Source: Azolla caroliniana
Lineage: Eukaryota > Plantae > Polypodiophyta
Direction: 5' to 3'
DNA: 64,000 nt
NCBI GenBank assembly: GCA_043228905.1
Contig: JBHGNT010000005.1
Coordinates: 18,166,001 to 18,230,000 of the forward strand
Shown here: piece after piece, positions 60,403-64,000 of the stretch
Position numbering within the stretch: the stretch's first letter is position 1
How the letters are laid out: the number at the start of each line of letters is the position of its first letter
Program-made: the position numbers and the translations under genes
The notes under the pieces: model-generated
Seen by the model: only the letters and a program-made list of their open reading frames with translations
Databases searched by the model: none
What the model was told of the DNA's origin: nothing

Positions 60403-62826
60403 TGTGAGGATCTTTTGGTTATGCTCAACAAACAACACAGAAGGAAGACAAGGAGATATAGACACGCAAATGTAGCTTTAATGGAAGCTCTCTTTATTTC
60501 GATTCTCTCTTTCTCTCTCTCTCTCAGAGACTCGTTACAAGAATGATCAAGAGATTATCTTTACAACGTTAGGTTATCGCTTATATACTAAGCCCTTAGA
60601 CTATATGGACGAGTTCACACTAGGATACAAAGTGGAAGGAGTCAGCCTTTTATGCCAACAAACTACCCCGTAAAAGGACTACTCTTTCCTACATGTACAT
60701 GTGTTTGGGGTTGTCTCCCCCATAAACCTAGATTACAATACTAGTCTAAATTTATGTTACAAGTCAATCGGCATATAGTCCAATCAACAAAGGTGAGGTC
60801 CGTGTCGAGCCTGGCATGGCTCATTATCATGATTGATTTGATCGACTTTTACCTTCTGCTCCTTGCTCGGCTTTCTTCTGCTTAATCTCTTGTCGTAGTC
60901 CCATCTTTGTCCGTAGTGCTCCGAAGCATTGATCTAGGAGTGACTTCGTCAGGCAATCGACAATGTTCACCTCAGTGTCGATCTTCCGGACTTCGAGCTT
61001 CTTCTCGGTTATGAGCTCCCAGATGTGATGATACCGCACCTCAATGTGCTTCTTCTTTGCATGATAGAAGGTATTGTTAATGAGGTGAATTGCGCTCTGT
61101 GAGTCGCAATAGATGGTTGACGTTGGTCGGTCGATTCGACTTGTAGATGAGAAGTTGACAGACAGTCGGTGCAACCAGATCACTTCCTTCGCTGCCTCCG
61201 ATGTTGATATGTACTCAGCCTTTGTGGTCAACAGGGCCGTGCACTCTTGAAGCTTCAACCTCCATGATATTGCACCACCACCATAGGTGAAAATATAGCC
61301 TGATGTTGACTTTTGATTGTTCGTATTTCAGGCATAGTCGGAGTCAGTGTAGCCTTCGACTTCGACTGAGGTTGTCAATCCAAAAGTCAGATGTGTATCT
61401 TTGGTCCCTCTCAGGTACCTAAAGATGTTCTTGAAAGCCTCCCAATGCTTCCGTCCTGGGTTTGACATGTACCGGCTGACCACTCCTACGACATAGGCTA
61501 GGTCGGGTCGGGTCGCCACCATTGCGTACATGATACTTCCTACGACTGATGTGTAGGGCATCTTTCCATTAAGCTCTCTTTCCTTGTCCATTGAAGGTGA
61601 GTCTCTGTGTGATAGTCGGATCGACGTCGGAAGTGGTGTTGGTGCTGGCGTCGCATTCTACATATTGAAGCGCCTCAACACCTTCCGGATATAGTCAGAT
61701 TGGGAGGGTTGGAGAGTGTTGGTCATCCGATTTCGCTCAATCCTCATGCCTAGTATGTGATGGGCTTGTCTGAGTTCCTTTATTGCGAACTTGTCGTGAA
61801 GGCTCCGCTTCAGCTTCCTTATTTCTGCTTGATTGCTTCTTGCAATTAGCATGTCGTCAACGTATAGGATCAGGTAAATCTTGGACTTGTCGGCCAATTG
61901 CCAAACATACATGCGTGGGTAAGAGTCGGATCAGTGGTATCCAAGCTACCTGATGTAGGAGTCGAACTTCTGATACCACATCCTGGACGCTTCTTTCAAG
62001 CCGTAGAGGCTTTTCTTCAGTCGACATACGAGGTGATTTTCCTCCCCCGTCGCCGTGAAGCCTGCTGGTTGAGACATGTAGATGTCTTCTTCTAGATCTC
62101 TGTGTAGGAATGCGGTCTTTACATCCAACTGTTCTTTCTCTAGGTCTTCTGTCGCCACAACTCCTAGTAAGAGTCGGAGGGTGGTCATCTTGACTACTGG
62201 TGAGAATATCTCGTTGTAATCGACCCTGTGTTCTTGTTTGAACCCTTTCGCGACAAGCCGAGCTTTCTACTTGGGTTTCTCTGAGTTAGATACATATTTG
62301 TATCGGAAAACCCATTTGCAAGGTAGCAGCTTCTAGCTGGTAGTTCGATAAGCTCCCATGTCTTATTCTTATGAATCGAGTCCATTTCAGATTTCATGGC
62401 TTGTAGCCATGTATCGGCGCCCGTTGTGGCCATAACTTCTTCATAAGTGCTTGGTTTGAATGCATCGGTGTAGTTGACGTAGTCGAGGTCAGGTTGGTAG
62501 AACTCTATATGCCTTTGAGCTTGTCCAGATCTCCTGGTTGCCAAGATAAATGGCTCGAATTCTTCGATTGGCTCTGTTGGTTGATCTTTATTTGTTGAAC
62601 CATTTGTGTCAGGAGTCTTGTTAGGTGACACGCCCCCAAGTCGGGCTTTCAGTGGTGTCATGTTGTCCTCCCGTATGGACTTTGTCGACTCGGTTCTGTT
62701 TCTTACTCGCATCTTATTGACTTTGCCTTCTTCGACTCTTGTCGAATCGGTTCTATCTTTGATGGCTTTGTCTTCGAGTTCGACTAGTGGACTTCCTACC
62801 GATTCGGAGTTGGCAGGTATGTTGTT
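60403..62826 (-). mobile_element. Decayed Ty1/Copia element H, 3' portion (LTR 60403-60660, RH, RT)
   Basis: Minus strand GGGGTAGTT then TGTTGG...TCACA LTR; YCDSQSAIHL, ATRPDLAY, LYVDDML, LDVKTAFLH. Confidence 0.8.
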
Positions 62827-63130
62827 TGTTGAGTGAGCAAGCTCAACTGGATCCAGATCGGTATCCGGAACGGAGAATCGGATCGGTGTCTGGATGATAT
62901 CCAGAACCAAGAGCCGGATCGGATTGAAACCGGTAGGCCGTTAGAGGCCTACGTATCCAGCCTAGTACGTAGGCATATTTTTGGGAGTCAGTGATAGTCG
63001 CACATATGAGCATTGAAGTACTTGTCAATACTTCTGTCAGTCCTTTATGGACTTGTATAAAAGTGCTCTTTGAGCATACTCTATGTATAGAGTTATAGAG
63101 TGTTATTTTTCTTGAATAGAGTTTTATGTT

Positions 63131-63165
<35 letters not shown>

Positions 63166-64000
63166 GGTGTATGCTTATTCTCTGTGTTAAGCTTCCATTA
63201 AACCTTCTTCTCTTTATTGTTATTATCTGGCAGACCCGGTTTGGCATACGCTTCCGCACGCTAACTTTGACATGGTATAAGAGCGTGAGGGTTGAGAACC
63301 TCTGCAGCCGACGAGCGACTAGTGAAGACAAACCCTAACACCTGGTGAAGAACAGAAGAGAATCTAAAATGGACAAAGGAATGACAAGTTTACTTCCGAT
63401 AGAAAAGCTCGACTGGAGTAACTATGCATCTTGGTCATATAAAATGCACCAGTACCTGCTGGGGCATGGATATTGGAGCTATGTTGAAGGAACAAAGGAG
63501 GTAGCACCGACGCCGGCACACAAAGACTTCCCGGCATGGGAGCAAGGAGCAAGCCACGATCAGATGCTCGACTACATCAAGGATGCAAAAACACCAAAGA
63601 AGGCCTGGGAAAATCTTCAGAAGATTTTCGACGTGAGTACCACATCCCGTAAGTTGCAGCTCCGATAGGAGCTGAACAACATCCGGCAAAGAGATATGTC
63701 CGTTATGGACTACACCACTAAGATAAAGGAGATTTGTGACATGCTCGGGTTCATCAATGTGACGGTGGACGAAGACGAGATGGTCCAGATTTGTCTCGAT
63801 GGTCTAGCACAACGGTACGGGTCAATCCAGACGGTAATTTTCACCAAGGAGAAACCACTGTCCTTCTTCGACTTACAATCAATGTTGATGGTGGAAGAAA
63901 ACCATGCGAGTAGGTCGATGACCACTCAATCAGAGAGCTGGATGTTGTACACGGAGGCGAATTTATCCCGTGGGCGTGGAGGACGAGGTGGGTCAGCACG
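62827..64000 (+). mobile_element. Ty1/Copia element I (E family), 5' LTR 62827-63272, PBS and gag; truncated by the window end
   Basis: TGTTGAG...TTTGACA; PBS TGGTATAAGAGC; gag EKLDWSNYASWSYKMHQYLLGHGYW from 63369. Confidence 0.87.

Overview
Eukaryotic land-plant DNA; a fern or other non-seed plant is my inference from the element types and microsatellite-rich LTRs, not something proven here. The window holds one intact host gene, a 5-exon SHOU4/At1g16860-family membrane protein on the minus strand (CDS 35731-42570, about 489 aa), between two retrotransposon nests. Left nest: an old L1 LINE (-) is split by Copia A (938-30568, TSD AAAAT). Inside A are a Tork/Tto1-like Copia B with mismatched LTRs; about 1.9 kb of foreign DNA (334-bp repeats and a PPR relic); a very young non-chromovirus Gypsy C (10316-21010, TSD ATTTG) with a large extra 3' ORF, no obvious PPT and a solo LTR with a 4-bp TSD in gag; a decayed Copia D containing another solo LTR; and an RTEX-like LINE fragment in the (TC)n tract of A's 3' LTR. 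Right nest: a decayed C-family Gypsy (G) interrupted by two same-family Copias inserted tail-to-tail 14 bp apart (E +, F -), then Copia H (-) and a third E-family copy (I) running off the window. No CRISPR array, rRNA or intact tRNA gene was seen. The best candidates for unusual biology are Gypsy C's ORF3 and its PPT-less 3' end, the shared stop and extension in E/F, the chimeric B with captured DNA, the LINE in a (TC)n tract, and splice-site-duplicating repeats in the host introns. All coordinates and comparisons were read by eye.
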